This document shows, in pieces, positions 29,727-39,044 of a DNA stretch of 64,000 bases. The DNA is from Verrucomicrobiota bacterium (lineage in GTDB: Bacteria; Verrucomicrobiota; Verrucomicrobiia; Limisphaerales; UBA8199), in the NCBI GenBank assembly GCA_012517205.1, contig JAAYVL010000156.1, positions 290-64,289 of the forward strand. Reading direction: 5' to 3'. Below the pieces are notes generated by a model, which saw only the letters and a program-made list of their open reading frames with translations, did not search any database and was not told the DNA's origin. Both the position numbers and the translations under genes were made by a program. Numbering within the stretch: the stretch's first letter is position 1; each line of letters opens with the position of its first letter.

Positions 29727-30635
29727 TTAGGGCTTCCCGGCCAGCTCGGCGCAGGTGGCGTCAAAGAATTTCTTGCACTCGGCGATCTCGGGCATCGAGT
29801 TATCCCAGTTGTATTCGTACTCGACGCAGAACGCCCCGCGGAATCCCTGCCGCTTGAGCTCCGCCATTTGCGCTTTCACCTGGCCCACGCCGGTGCCCCA
29901 GGGCACATCGTGCATGGCTTTGGCCGCGCCTTCCTTTTTCTTCCCGGCCTCGGCCGCGGCCGCCGTTTTGGGTTCTTCCGGCACGAGGTCCTTGAAGTGG
30001 AGGCAAATCACGTGGCCTTCGAGCTTCTTCAGGCATTCCCGCGGGTCGAGCCCGGAGCGGAGCCAATGGCCCGTATCCGCGCAGGCTCCCAGCAGCGGGG
30101 AGCGGCCTTTGATGGCCTCCAGCACGGTGTCCGGGTTCCAGTAGCGTGAGGGCTTGGGATGGTTATGGATGGCCACCTTGATCGCGTATTCCTTGCAGAG
30201 CTTCTCCACCACGTCGAGCGCCGCCGGCTCCGGTTCGGCCACTAACGTATCAATGCCCATCCGCTTCGCAAACTCGAACACCCCCCGGCTCTCCGCTTCG
30301 TCGGGCGGAAGTTGCACCACCCCGATATTGATCAGTTTGATCCCCTTCGCCGCCGCCGCCTTTCGGATCGCCGCGGCGGCCGCGTCCGAGAGGGTCACGG
30401 TTTTGCGGCCGCTCTTGCCGTCCAGGCTCACGCTCCCGGACAGGCTCATATGCTTCAGCCCGAGCGCGGCCGTTTTGTCAATGCACTCAAATATGGAGAA
30501 CTTGCGGAAGGTATAGGCGTGAATCGCCATCTGCCAGCCCAGTTGGTCGGCCGCCGCGGCAGCCTTGGGAACGTCCTGCCCCGGCAGCGAAGCGCACGCC
30601 AGGAGCGTTAAAGTGAAGCATGCCAGTTTGCGCAT
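29727..30635 (-). CDS. Sugar phosphate isomerase/epimerase (TIM barrel), secreted
   Basis: Signal peptide MRKLACFTLTLLACASLPG; HAYTFRKFS, VAIHNH, GACADTGHW, LHFKDL, DVPWGTG, FCVEYE. Start at 30635 or 30644. Confidence 0.85.
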   Translation of the reverse strand: MRKLACFTLTLLACASLPGQDVPKAAAAADQLGWQMAIHAYTFRKFSIFECIDKTAALGLKHMSLSGSVSLDGKSGRKTVTLSDAAAAAIRKAAAAKGIKLINIGVVQLPPDEAESRGVFEFAKRMGIDTLVAEPEPAALDVVEKLCKEYAIKVAIHNHPKPSRYWNPDTVLEAIKGRSPLLGACADTGHWLRSGLDPRECLKKLEGHVICLHFKDLVPEEPKTAAAAEAGKKKEGAAKAMHDVPWGTGVGQVKAQMAELKRQGFRGAFCVEYEYNWDNSMPEIAECKKFFDATCAELAGKP

Positions 30636-30878
30636 AACAGTCATTCTCAGGTTCAGATAAACACTGGCTCCAGTGAGGCGGTTTGTTGGCCGCCGTTCAA
30701 GCCGAAAATGCGGGGGCGGCGGCGGCATCTTTTTCATGGCTGTCCGGCGGCGGAACAGGCAGAATAGCATCCGAATAGGGCGTTGCCTGCCGGAACCGGA
30801 TCGTATGGCCGCCGGATCGAGGCCACCCGGCGGAATCGCGCGCCCCAACATGAACCAGACACCAGAAAGCAAAACGTT

Positions 30879-31790
30879 ATGAAGCTTGGATTCGTCACCG
30901 CCATCCTCCCGGAACTGAACCTCAACCAAGTCCTCGAATTCGCCGCCGCCGAACGGTTCGCGTGCGTCGAAGTCATGTGCTGGCCGGTCGGCAAGGCCGA
31001 ACGCCGGTTTGCCGGCGTCACGCATATTGACGTGGACGGCTTCACCCGGGCGCGGGCGGAAGACGTCAACGCCCTTTGCGCCCGCCACGGCGTCAGCATT
31101 TCGGCCCTGGGATACTACCCCAACCCGCTCGACCCGGACCCGGCGGTGGCGCGGGTCGCCGTGAGCCATTTCCGGAAGGTCATTCTCGCCGCCGAAATGC
31201 TCGGCCTCAAAAACGCCAATACGTTCGTGGGGCGCGACTGGACCCGGACGGTGGACGAAAACTGGCCCCGCTTCCTGAAGACCTGGAAACCGCTCATTGC
31301 CTTTGCCGAGGACCATGGCATCAAGGTGGGCATCGAAAACTGCCCGATGTCCTTCTCCCGCGATGAGTGGCCCGGGGGCAAGAACCTGGCCACCACGCCC
31401 GTCATTTGGCGGCGCATGTTCAACGAGATCCCTTCGCGCTGCTTTGGCCTCAACTATGATCCCTCCCACTTTGTGCTCCAGCAAATGGACCCGCTCAGCC
31501 CGCTGCGGGAGTTCAAGTCCAGGCTCTTCCATCTCCACGCCAAGGACATGATGATCCGGCCCGAGCGCCTCAACGAGGTGGGCATCTTCGCTTTCCCCAA
31601 AGAATGGCATACGCCGCGCATCCCCGGCCTGGGCGACATTCACTGGGGCCGGTTCATGGCGGCCCTGTACGAGATTGGCTACGACGGGCCCGTCTGCATT
31701 GAGGTCGAGGACGACACCTTCGGCAAGACGCTTGCCGGGCGAAAGCAGGCGCTCCGAATCGCCCGCAACGCGCTGGAACCCTTCTTCTGA
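30879..31790 (+). CDS. Sugar phosphate isomerase/epimerase (TIM barrel), cytoplasmic
   Basis: [55 protein letters not shown]. Confidence 0.87.
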   Translation: MKLGFVTAILPELNLNQVLEFAAAERFACVEVMCWPVGKAERRFAGVTHIDVDGFTRARAEDVNALCARHGVSISALGYYPNPLDPDPAVARVAVSHFRKVILAAEMLGLKNANTFVGRDWTRTVDENWPRFLKTWKPLIAFAEDHGIKVGIENCPMSFSRDEWPGGKNLATTPVIWRRMFNEIPSRCFGLNYDPSHFVLQQMDPLSPLREFKSRLFHLHAKDMMIRPERLNEVGIFAFPKEWHTPRIPGLGDIHWGRFMAALYEIGYDGPVCIEVEDDTFGKTLAGRKQALRIARNALEPFF

Positions 31791-31888
31791 CTTCCCGCGG
31801 CGGACGGCGCGAAGCCGCGCGGCCGGCGGTTGGCCGGCCCGCGGGCGGGCGGGCGTTTGCGTTAGCGCGGGAGAATGTGGCCCTGCCG

Positions 31889-32644
31889 TTACGGCTTGCC
31901 CCGGCCCAGGCGCGGCGTCGCGCGCCGTTTGGGCGCGCGATAGACGAAGAACATCTCGTCGCCCGCCCGGCGCGCCGAGTGAAGCTCCAGCCGCGCGGCC
32001 CGGGCCAGCGCGCCGGCGCCGCGGCCATCCGCAATGGTCGGGGCGGCGCGGCCGCCGAAGATTCGGGGGCAGACCGTCAGGTGCAATTCGTCCACCAGGC
32101 CGGCGCGGAACAGGGCGTCGGCCAGTTCGCCGCCGCCTTCGCACAGCAGGCGCTTGATTCCCCACTGGCGGCGCAGCCAGCGCAGGGCCGCCGGGAAATT
32201 GATTTCCTTCGCGCCGCATACCCGGACCTCGGCCCCCAGCGCGCGCAACCGCGCCCGCCGCCGCGCCGGGGCGCGTTGCGTCGTGAGCACGAGAATCGGG
32301 GAAAAGGTGTGCTGGAAAATGCGGGCCGCCGGATTCACGCTGCCGGTGCGGCTCACGATGATGCGGAGATTGAACTCCGCCAACCCGCGCCGCTGCCGCA
32401 GGCGGCGGTATTTCAAGGCCCCCGGCCCCAGGTGAACCGCGTTTAAATCCGCCGTGCGCGCGCCGGCCATGACGGCGTCGGCGGTCGCGCGCAATTCATA
32501 CAGATGTTCCTGATCCCGGCGGCTGCCAAAAGAAGACACCACCCGGTTGGCCGTGGCGATCTTGCCATCCGCGGTCATGGCCATGTTCATAAGCACGAAA
32601 GGCCGGGGCGCGGCGCCTCGGGGAGTCATCCGGGTTTTATTCAT
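31889..32644 (-). CDS. RibD C-terminal reductase-domain protein (dihydrofolate reductase-like)
   Basis: NMAMTADGKIA, LRATADAVMAGARTA, RLLCEGGGEL, AGLVDELHLTVCPRIFGG. ATG overlaps the queA stop (ATGA). Confidence 0.85.
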   Translation of the reverse strand: MNKTRMTPRGAAPRPFVLMNMAMTADGKIATANRVVSSFGSRRDQEHLYELRATADAVMAGARTADLNAVHLGPGALKYRRLRQRRGLAEFNLRIIVSRTGSVNPAARIFQHTFSPILVLTTQRAPARRRARLRALGAEVRVCGAKEINFPAALRWLRRQWGIKRLLCEGGGELADALFRAGLVDELHLTVCPRIFGGRAAPTIADGRGAGALARAARLELHSARRAGDEMFFVYRAPKRRATPRLGRGKP

Positions 32645-33741
32645 AGAATGAGCATCGCATCGCCATAACTGAAGAACCGGTAGCGCTCGCGGATGGCTTC
32701 CGCGTAGGCGGCCAGCATCCGCTCGCGCCCCCGCGTGCTGTTCGGGGCGGCAAAGGCGCTGACGAGCATGAGGAGCGTTGAGCGCGGCAGGTGAAAATTG
32801 GTCAGCAGCGCGTCGGCGGCCCGGAAGTCGCGCGGCGGGTAGATGAACAGGCGCGTCCGGCCGTGTCCGGCGGTCACGGCGGCCCGGGGCCGGGTGCCGC
32901 CGGGAGGAGGGGATTGCGCGGCCTGCGATTCCAGCACGCGCAGCGAGGTGGTGCCGACGGCAATCACCCGCCGCCCGGCCGACCGGGCGGCATTGATGAC
33001 GCGGGCAGTCGCCGCGCTGAGTTCGTAGCGTTCCTCGTGCATCCGGTGCGCGGCTGGCGTTTCCGCCTTCACGGGCGCAAAGGTGCCCAGGCCCACATGC
33101 AGCGTGAGAAAACAAACTTGCGTGCCGCGCGCGGCGATTTGCGCCAGCAGCGCCTCGGTGAAATGCAACCCCGCCGTGGGAGCCGCCACCGATCCGCCGG
33201 GCCGCGCAAAGACCGTTTGGTAGCGCTCCCGATCCGATTCCAAACGGGAACCATTCGGGCGGGCGATATAGGGGGGCAGGGGAACCTCACCCAGGGTGTT
33301 CAGCCGCTCCAGGACATTGGGCGTTCCCGCGAAACGCAGGCGGCGGTGGCCTTCCGCATTGGCTTCAATCACAACCGCCTGCACGCCGCTGGGGCGGGCG
33401 CGCGCATCCTGAATTTGAATCCGGGTTCCCGTCCGCGCCCGCCTGGCCGGCCGCAGCATGGCCCACCAGTCATTGACGGCGTTTTCCTCCAGAAGCAGCG
33501 CCTCGAACTGCCCTCCCGTAAGCGCGTTTACGCCACGGAGGCGGGCGGGAATCACGCGCGAATTATTGAGCACCAGCGCATCCCCCGGATGCAGATATTC
33601 AATCAAATCCGGAAAACGGCGGTGCTCAAGGCGTCCCGAGTCGCGATGCAGCACCAGCAAGCGCGACTGATCACGCTCCGGCGCCGGCGCCTGGGCAATC
33701 AACTCCGGCGGCAACTCGAACTCAAAATCCGCAGTCCGCAT
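32641..33741 (-). CDS. queA: S-adenosylmethionine:tRNA ribosyltransferase-isomerase
   Basis: FEFELPPELIAQ, LVLNNSRVIPARL, GEVPLPPYI, YQTVFAR.GSVAAPTAGLHFT, TLHVGLGTF, TNFHLPRSTL, YRFFSYGDAM. Confidence 0.97.
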   Translation of the reverse strand: MRTADFEFELPPELIAQAPAPERDQSRLLVLHRDSGRLEHRRFPDLIEYLHPGDALVLNNSRVIPARLRGVNALTGGQFEALLLEENAVNDWWAMLRPARRARTGTRIQIQDARARPSGVQAVVIEANAEGHRRLRFAGTPNVLERLNTLGEVPLPPYIARPNGSRLESDRERYQTVFARPGGSVAAPTAGLHFTEALLAQIAARGTQVCFLTLHVGLGTFAPVKAETPAAHRMHEERYELSAATARVINAARSAGRRVIAVGTTSLRVLESQAAQSPPPGGTRPRAAVTAGHGRTRLFIYPPRDFRAADALLTNFHLPRSTLLMLVSAFAAPNSTRGRERMLAAYAEAIRERYRFFSYGDAMLIL

Positions 33742-33959
33742 CTCCCCAGAGCATTGTGCTATTACGTCAGGGTGGCAAGATTTCACTCCATTTTCATAGT
33801 CAAGCCAGTGAAGGGAAGGTTTGCTCGAACTCCCTGTGAGCCCCGACATTTCCTGCCGCACGAGATTAACGATAACGCTTCATGGGCATACGGATTGGCC
33901 TAATCAGCTCTGCTGGCCAAATCAGCCCAAGCATTTTACTCACCAACCCCATCCCAAAC

Positions 33960-33976
33960 TGTCCAATTATTGGACA
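33960..33976. repeat. 17-bp palindrome TGTCCAAT-T-ATTGGACA (copy A)
   Basis: Perfect 8-bp arms around one central base. Identical copy at 50921-50937 with shared context ACCCCATCC-N3-ACTGTCC...GGACACTC. Confidence 0.9.
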
Positions 33977-34081
33977 CTCCACGAAATCAATCATTTGGCG
34001 TTTGCCTGCCCTGCCAACCCAGCGCGAATCGCGCTTTTGCCCTTTTAGCCCGATTTTGGGCTAACATATAGCCCCCAATAG

Positions 34082-34180
34082 GCCGTGTACAAGGGGTGTA
34101 CAAGGGATGCTCACCGGGTGTACAAGCTAAAGTCCTATGTGCATCCGGTGAGCATCCCTTGTACACCCCTTGTACACGGC
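34082..34180. repeat. ~100-bp inverted-repeat (hairpin) element, copy 2
   Basis: Perfect 36-nt arms GCCGTGTACAAGGGGTGTACAAGGGATGCTCACCGG (34082-34117 / 34145-34180), 27-nt spacer. Confidence 0.95.
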
Positions 34181-34539
34181 TCTATGGCAGCCAGGAAATA
34201 GGGGAAAATGGCGATAATGGGAGCTATGGCCGGGATAAACTCGACGAGGAGGCAGGCGGTTGGCGCAGGCAGGGGGCAGTCTAGTTTTCTCAGTTTTGAG
34301 AAACCCGGGCGAAGTGCGTTTCGGGAGGCGGCTAAATCACGCCGCCGGGTGACGCGGCTTGATTTACGAGGCCGGACCGCAAGCCCAGGTTTTTTGGGTG
34401 CCGAGGTGGAGTTCGCGGGCGGCGAAGAGAGCGATGCGGGCGAGGGATTGGCAGGTTGCTGGTTTGGCGCAGGGGGTGAGGGCTTTCCGCGGGTGGGCAG
34501 GCCCGGCAACTCTGTTCTGGCGCACCGCCGCTTCGAGGG

Positions 34540-35817
34540 TTAGATAGGCTTCGAATACACCCGCTGAAACCCTTTCCGTCCTCCGGCGCGATACGGGTCC
34601 ACGATGGTGATGCCGCGCCTGCCGAAGTGGGCGGTGACGGGCGCGCCTTTGCCGGTGCGCAGGTATTTGAAGTTCAGGTTGCGGACGAGGCGGGCGGCGT
34701 GGACGATGGCCACAGTGATGCGCGCTTCCTCCGCGGTCGGATACAGGCTGGCCACGCTGGCGCGGCGAGCGCCAAAGTATTTCACGCGGCAGACAGCCGC
34801 CAGCGCCGCCGTGAGGCTGTCAATGCCGTAGCCGACGTAGGCGGCGGAGTCGTCCGGCCGCTTTACGTTGCGCGTGAAGTGGGTATTGGCGGTGCGGCTG
34901 CCGCCGCCGGCGCTCCACCAGCGCAAGCCGCGGTATTGCTGGTCGCTCTCGACCTTGCCGTCCGTGCCGACGATTTCGTGGCCCTGGTTGACCGGCCCCT
35001 CGAAGCCGGGCGGGGTGATCCAGTTATTGTGGAAGGTGACGCTCAGGCCGTTGGCGAAGTCAACCCGCACCTGCACCGCGTCGTAGGCATTGATGCCGTC
35101 GCGCACCAGCCGCCGTTTCTGGCCGACGGCCGTGAGCGAGACCGGCTTGCTCCGGTAGTAGTGGTAAATTAAATCCACCCAGTGGGAGCCGACGTAGCTG
35201 AACGGGTCGCTTTGCTCGACCCATTTGAACGTGCGGGTCGCGACCCGCAGCGGCTCCTCCAGGTAGGCCGAGCCATAGAGCGGCGCGCCGAGGCGTTGCT
35301 GGATTTCCTCGCGAATGCGCGCGTGGTCGGGGTCGTAGCGTTTGTGCATGTCCACCGCGACGATGCGGTTTTTCCGCCGGGCCAGCGCGATGATTTGATC
35401 CGCCTCGGCGATGTCCAGGCACATGGGTTTTTCGGTGATGACATGGACCCCGGCTTGCAGGGCGGCGAGGATGACCTCCGCGTGCAGCGGGTCGGGTGTG
35501 GCCACGGCCATGACATCCAGGCGGGGAAAGGCGCGCAAGATCTCGCGCCACGGCTTGGGGCCGGCGAAGGCCCGGGGCGCGTGGCCCGTCCAGCGCTGGA
35601 AGTTTCGCCGGGCGCGCCGGGCGGATGTTTCGGTGCGCGCCGCCACCGCGGCCAGCTCGAACCGGATCGGGGCCAGGTCCCGCGCCCAGCCGTCCAGTCC
35701 CACCCGCCCGAGTTGCGGGCTGAGCCCGGCGCGCTGCAAATCCGCGTAGGCCCGCGCATGCACGTCGCCGCCAAACATTCCGGTTCCAACCAGCGCGATC
35801 TTGATTGAGTTGTCCAT
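34540..35817 (-). CDS. Gfo/Idh/MocA family oxidoreductase
   Basis: IALVGTGMFG, VATPDPLH, HVITEKPM, DMHKRYDP, YVGSHWVDL. Confidence 0.88.
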   Translation of the reverse strand: MDNSIKIALVGTGMFGGDVHARAYADLQRAGLSPQLGRVGLDGWARDLAPIRFELAAVAARTETSARRARRNFQRWTGHAPRAFAGPKPWREILRAFPRLDVMAVATPDPLHAEVILAALQAGVHVITEKPMCLDIAEADQIIALARRKNRIVAVDMHKRYDPDHARIREEIQQRLGAPLYGSAYLEEPLRVATRTFKWVEQSDPFSYVGSHWVDLIYHYYRSKPVSLTAVGQKRRLVRDGINAYDAVQVRVDFANGLSVTFHNNWITPPGFEGPVNQGHEIVGTDGKVESDQQYRGLRWWSAGGGSRTANTHFTRNVKRPDDSAAYVGYGIDSLTAALAAVCRVKYFGARRASVASLYPTAEEARITVAIVHAARLVRNLNFKYLRTGKGAPVTAHFGRRGITIVDPYRAGGRKGFQRVYSKPI

Positions 35818-36085
35818 AGCTAAAGCGGCCCGGGCGTTCGGCCCGGCCGGGGTTGCTGCCGGCTGAGAGTACCGCGTTGGCCCGGCGGGGGCAAACCATT
35901 TTGGCGCCGGCTTCGGGGGGGAAACCCAATCCCGCCGGGGGCGCGGGGCCGGCCCGGCCTATCGCCGGCGGGCGGTTTCGCGCGTCCGGTTTCGCCGCGT
36001 TTCTCCGCGCGGCAGCCCGCGCCGGGGGTTGGCCGGGGATTGCCATTGTCAGCGGGGCAGGGGGCCGATAGAGTAAAGACGCGCG

Positions 36086-38914
36086 ATGATTTCGGCCCAA
36101 CAACAGGCGACGCTTAGCGGGGCGAACTGCGAAATTGCCTTTGATAATCTGACGCGCCAGCTTTACGCGACCGACGCCTCGATCTACCAGGTCGTTCCGG
36201 CGGCGGTAGCCTTTCCCGCCAATATCCGGCAGGTCGTTTTGTTGTTGGATGCGGCGGTGATGGCGGGGGTGACCGTGACGGCGCGGGGCGCCGGCACCGG
36301 GCTGGCGGGGGGCGCTTTGGGGGACGGCCTGGTGCTTGATTTCTCCCGCTATAACCGCCAGATCACCGACCTGGATTTGGAGCGCCGGACGGTGCGGGTG
36401 GGGCCGGGGGTGGTGCTGGATCAGCTCAATAACTTCCTGCGGCCGCACAAATACTGGTTTGGGCCGGATGTGGCGACCAGCTCGCGCGCCACGCTGGGCG
36501 GCATGATCGCCAACAACTCCAGCGGCGCGCACGCGCCGATCTATGGCACCACCGCCGACCATGTCCAGGAGCTGGAGGTGGTGCTGGCGGATGGCCGGGT
36601 GACGCTGGTGGGAGCCAAACACGACACGCTGCGCAAGCAGCGCGAGCGGGTGAGCGACCTGCTTTATTTTCACGGCCTGAGCATTGCGGAACAGCGGCCG
36701 CCGCAGTTGACCAAACGCTGGCCGGGCTATGCGATTGAGCGTTGCGCGCCGGAGCCGAACAACCTCAACCCTCTGCTCTGCGGCAGCGAGGGAACGCTGG
36801 CCATCATCGTCGCCGCCGAGCTGAACATCGTTCCCCTGCCGCAACAAAAAGGCCTGGGGCTGATCTTTTTTGCCTCGGTGACGGAGGCGATGCAGGCGAC
36901 GGTGGAACTGCTGGATCTCCAGCCCGCCGCCATTGAGCATCTTGACCGGGTGCTCCTGGATCAGACGAAGGGCCAGCCCCGCTTCCAGGCCGCGCGCGAC
37001 CTGCTCGAGCTGGATGCCAAGCCCTGCCAATCCATTTTGGCGGTGGAGTTCTTTGATGACGTGGAGGAGCGTTTGGCGGCGCTGGAGCGGCGGCGGCTGG
37101 GGTTGCGCCAGACGCTGCTCAAGACCGAGGCGCACATGAAGCAGATCTGGGCGCTGCGCCAGGCGGGGCTCTCGCTGCTCACGGGCCGCAAAGGCGAGGC
37201 CAAGCCCGTCACCGGCATCGAGGATGCCGCGGTGCGGCCGCGGGATTTGCCCGCCTACGTCAGTGGTTTGCAGTCGCTCCTGGCGCCGCTGGGGCTCCAG
37301 GCCTCGTTCTATGGCCACGCCGCCGCGGGGCTGCTGCATGTGCGGCCCATCCTCAACCTGGGTTCGGCGGCGGACGCGAAGAAGTTTCGCCAACTGGCGG
37401 ACGAGGTCTCCGCCCTGGTCAAACGGTTCAAAGGCTCGCTGGCGGCCGAGCATGGCGTGGGCATGGCGCGGGCGGAGTATATGCCGCAGCAACTGGGCGA
37501 TGGGTTGCTGAGCGTCATGCGCGAGATCAAGTCCGCCTTTGACCCGAACAACCTGCTTAACCCGGGCAAAATTATCCCGGATGGGCGGTTTAAGGTGGAT
37601 GCCAGCTTGCGCCGGGGGCCGGGCTATGAGCTGAAGCTCCCCTTCACGCCGCTGCTGGCGTTTGCCGCCAAAGACGGGTCGTTCACGCGCAACCTGGAGC
37701 AATGCAACGGCTGCGGCGGCTGCCGGAAGGAGACGCCCACGATGTGCCCGACGTTCCTCGTCACGGGCGAGGAGATTATGAGCACGCGGGGGCGGGCCAA
37801 TGCCATCCGCGCGGCGCTGGAGCGGCGGGGCGGGGCGGGGGGCGATGTGCTGCGCGGCGCGGAGCTGGAAGCGGCGCTCAGCAACTGTCTGTCCTGCCGG
37901 GCTTGCACCCTCGAATGCCCCTCGAATGTGAATATGTCGCTGCTTAAGGCCGAGCTGCTGCACGCCCGGATTCAGCGCGACGGCCTGTCCTGGCGCGAGC
38001 GGCTGATCAGCAAGGTGGATTTGCTCGGGCGGCTGGGCTGCGCCTGGCCGCGGCTGGCCAACGCGGCGCTGGCTTCGAACTTCGTGCGCCGTCCGCTGAA
38101 CCGGATGCTGGGCCTGGCCTGGCAGCGGCCCTTGCCGCGCTACGCCCGGCTGCGTTTTGACCGGTGGTTTGCGCGGCGCGGCGCCTCGCCCCAGGCCCCG
38201 CGCGGGCGGGTCGTGCTGTGGGATGACACGTTTGTGCGCTACCATGAGCCGCACATCGGCAGGGCGGCGGTCAAGGTGCTGGAGGCGGCCGGGTTCGAGG
38301 TGACGCTGCCGGCGGGGCGAAAGTGTTGCGGCCGGCCGGCCTTCAGCCAGGGCAATTTGGCGGAGGCGCAGCGCCTGGGACGCCATAACCTGGCCTTGCT
38401 CAGCCGGGATGGGGATGGCGCGCCCATCATTTTTCTGGAGCCGTCGTGCTATACCATGTTTGCCGAAGACTACCGCGAACTGAAGCTGGACGGGGCCGAG
38501 AGCGTGGCGCGGCGTTGTTTTCTTTTCGAGCCGTTCATCGAGGGACTGCTCAGCCACGAGCCGGACGCCTTGCGGTTTAAGACCCGGGCGGGCCACGTGG
38601 CCATTCACGCCCATTGCCATGCCAAGGCGCTGCTGGACCCCGCCTGCCTGCAGCGGCTGGCGGAGCGGCTGCCCGAGCGCAACGTGACCCTGCTGGAGAC
38701 CGGCTGCTGCGGCATGGCCGGCGCGTTTGGGATGATGGCGTCCAAATATGAGCTGTCGCTCAAGGTCGCCGAGCCGCTGATGCAGAAGGTGCGGAGCCTG
38801 CCGTTCGGGACGCTGATCGTCGCCTCCGGCACCAGTTGCCGGCAGCAGATTGACCACCTGGCGCCGGTCCGCGCCCGCCACATGGCCGAGGTGCTGGCGG
38901 ATGCGCTGGCGTGA
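36086..38914 (+). CDS. FAD-binding / Fe-S (GlcD-GlcF fusion, YdiJ-like) oxidoreductase
   Basis: YATDASIY, RGAGTGLAG, ATLGGMIANN, EHGVGMAR, CNGCGGC and CLSCRACTLECPSNV 4Fe-4S motifs, two CCG domains. Confidence 0.9.
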   Translation: MISAQQQATLSGANCEIAFDNLTRQLYATDASIYQVVPAAVAFPANIRQVVLLLDAAVMAGVTVTARGAGTGLAGGALGDGLVLDFSRYNRQITDLDLERRTVRVGPGVVLDQLNNFLRPHKYWFGPDVATSSRATLGGMIANNSSGAHAPIYGTTADHVQELEVVLADGRVTLVGAKHDTLRKQRERVSDLLYFHGLSIAEQRPPQLTKRWPGYAIERCAPEPNNLNPLLCGSEGTLAIIVAAELNIVPLPQQKGLGLIFFASVTEAMQATVELLDLQPAAIEHLDRVLLDQTKGQPRFQAARDLLELDAKPCQSILAVEFFDDVEERLAALERRRLGLRQTLLKTEAHMKQIWALRQAGLSLLTGRKGEAKPVTGIEDAAVRPRDLPAYVSGLQSLLAPLGLQASFYGHAAAGLLHVRPILNLGSAADAKKFRQLADEVSALVKRFKGSLAAEHGVGMARAEYMPQQLGDGLLSVMREIKSAFDPNNLLNPGKIIPDGRFKVDASLRRGPGYELKLPFTPLLAFAAKDGSFTRNLEQCNGCGGCRKETPTMCPTFLVTGEEIMSTRGRANAIRAALERRGGAGGDVLRGAELEAALSNCLSCRACTLECPSNVNMSLLKAELLHARIQRDGLSWRERLISKVDLLGRLGCAWPRLANAALASNFVRRPLNRMLGLAWQRPLPRYARLRFDRWFARRGASPQAPRGRVVLWDDTFVRYHEPHIGRAAVKVLEAAGFEVTLPAGRKCCGRPAFSQGNLAEAQRLGRHNLALLSRDGDGAPIIFLEPSCYTMFAEDYRELKLDGAESVARRCFLFEPFIEGLLSHEPDALRFKTRAGHVAIHAHCHAKALLDPACLQRLAERLPERNVTLLETGCCGMAGAFGMMASKYELSLKVAEPLMQKVRSLPFGTLIVASGTSCRQQIDHLAPVRARHMAEVLADALA

Positions 38915-39044
38915 TCGCCGGCTCCGCGCGCGGGCGGTTGGCGGCACGGAGTTCCAACGGGCTGGGTTGCCCGCCCGGGAGACGCCGTCTCCCGGAGGGA
39001 AACCAGGGTTGCGCGGCGCGGGAATGTTTGTGAAACTGTCACGC

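Noticed and set aside
33960-33976. IS3/IS150-family terminal inverted repeat remnant
   Set aside because: AACTGTCCAA resembles such ends, but the site is a self-contained palindrome with no TG...CA terminus and no transposase fragment nearby.
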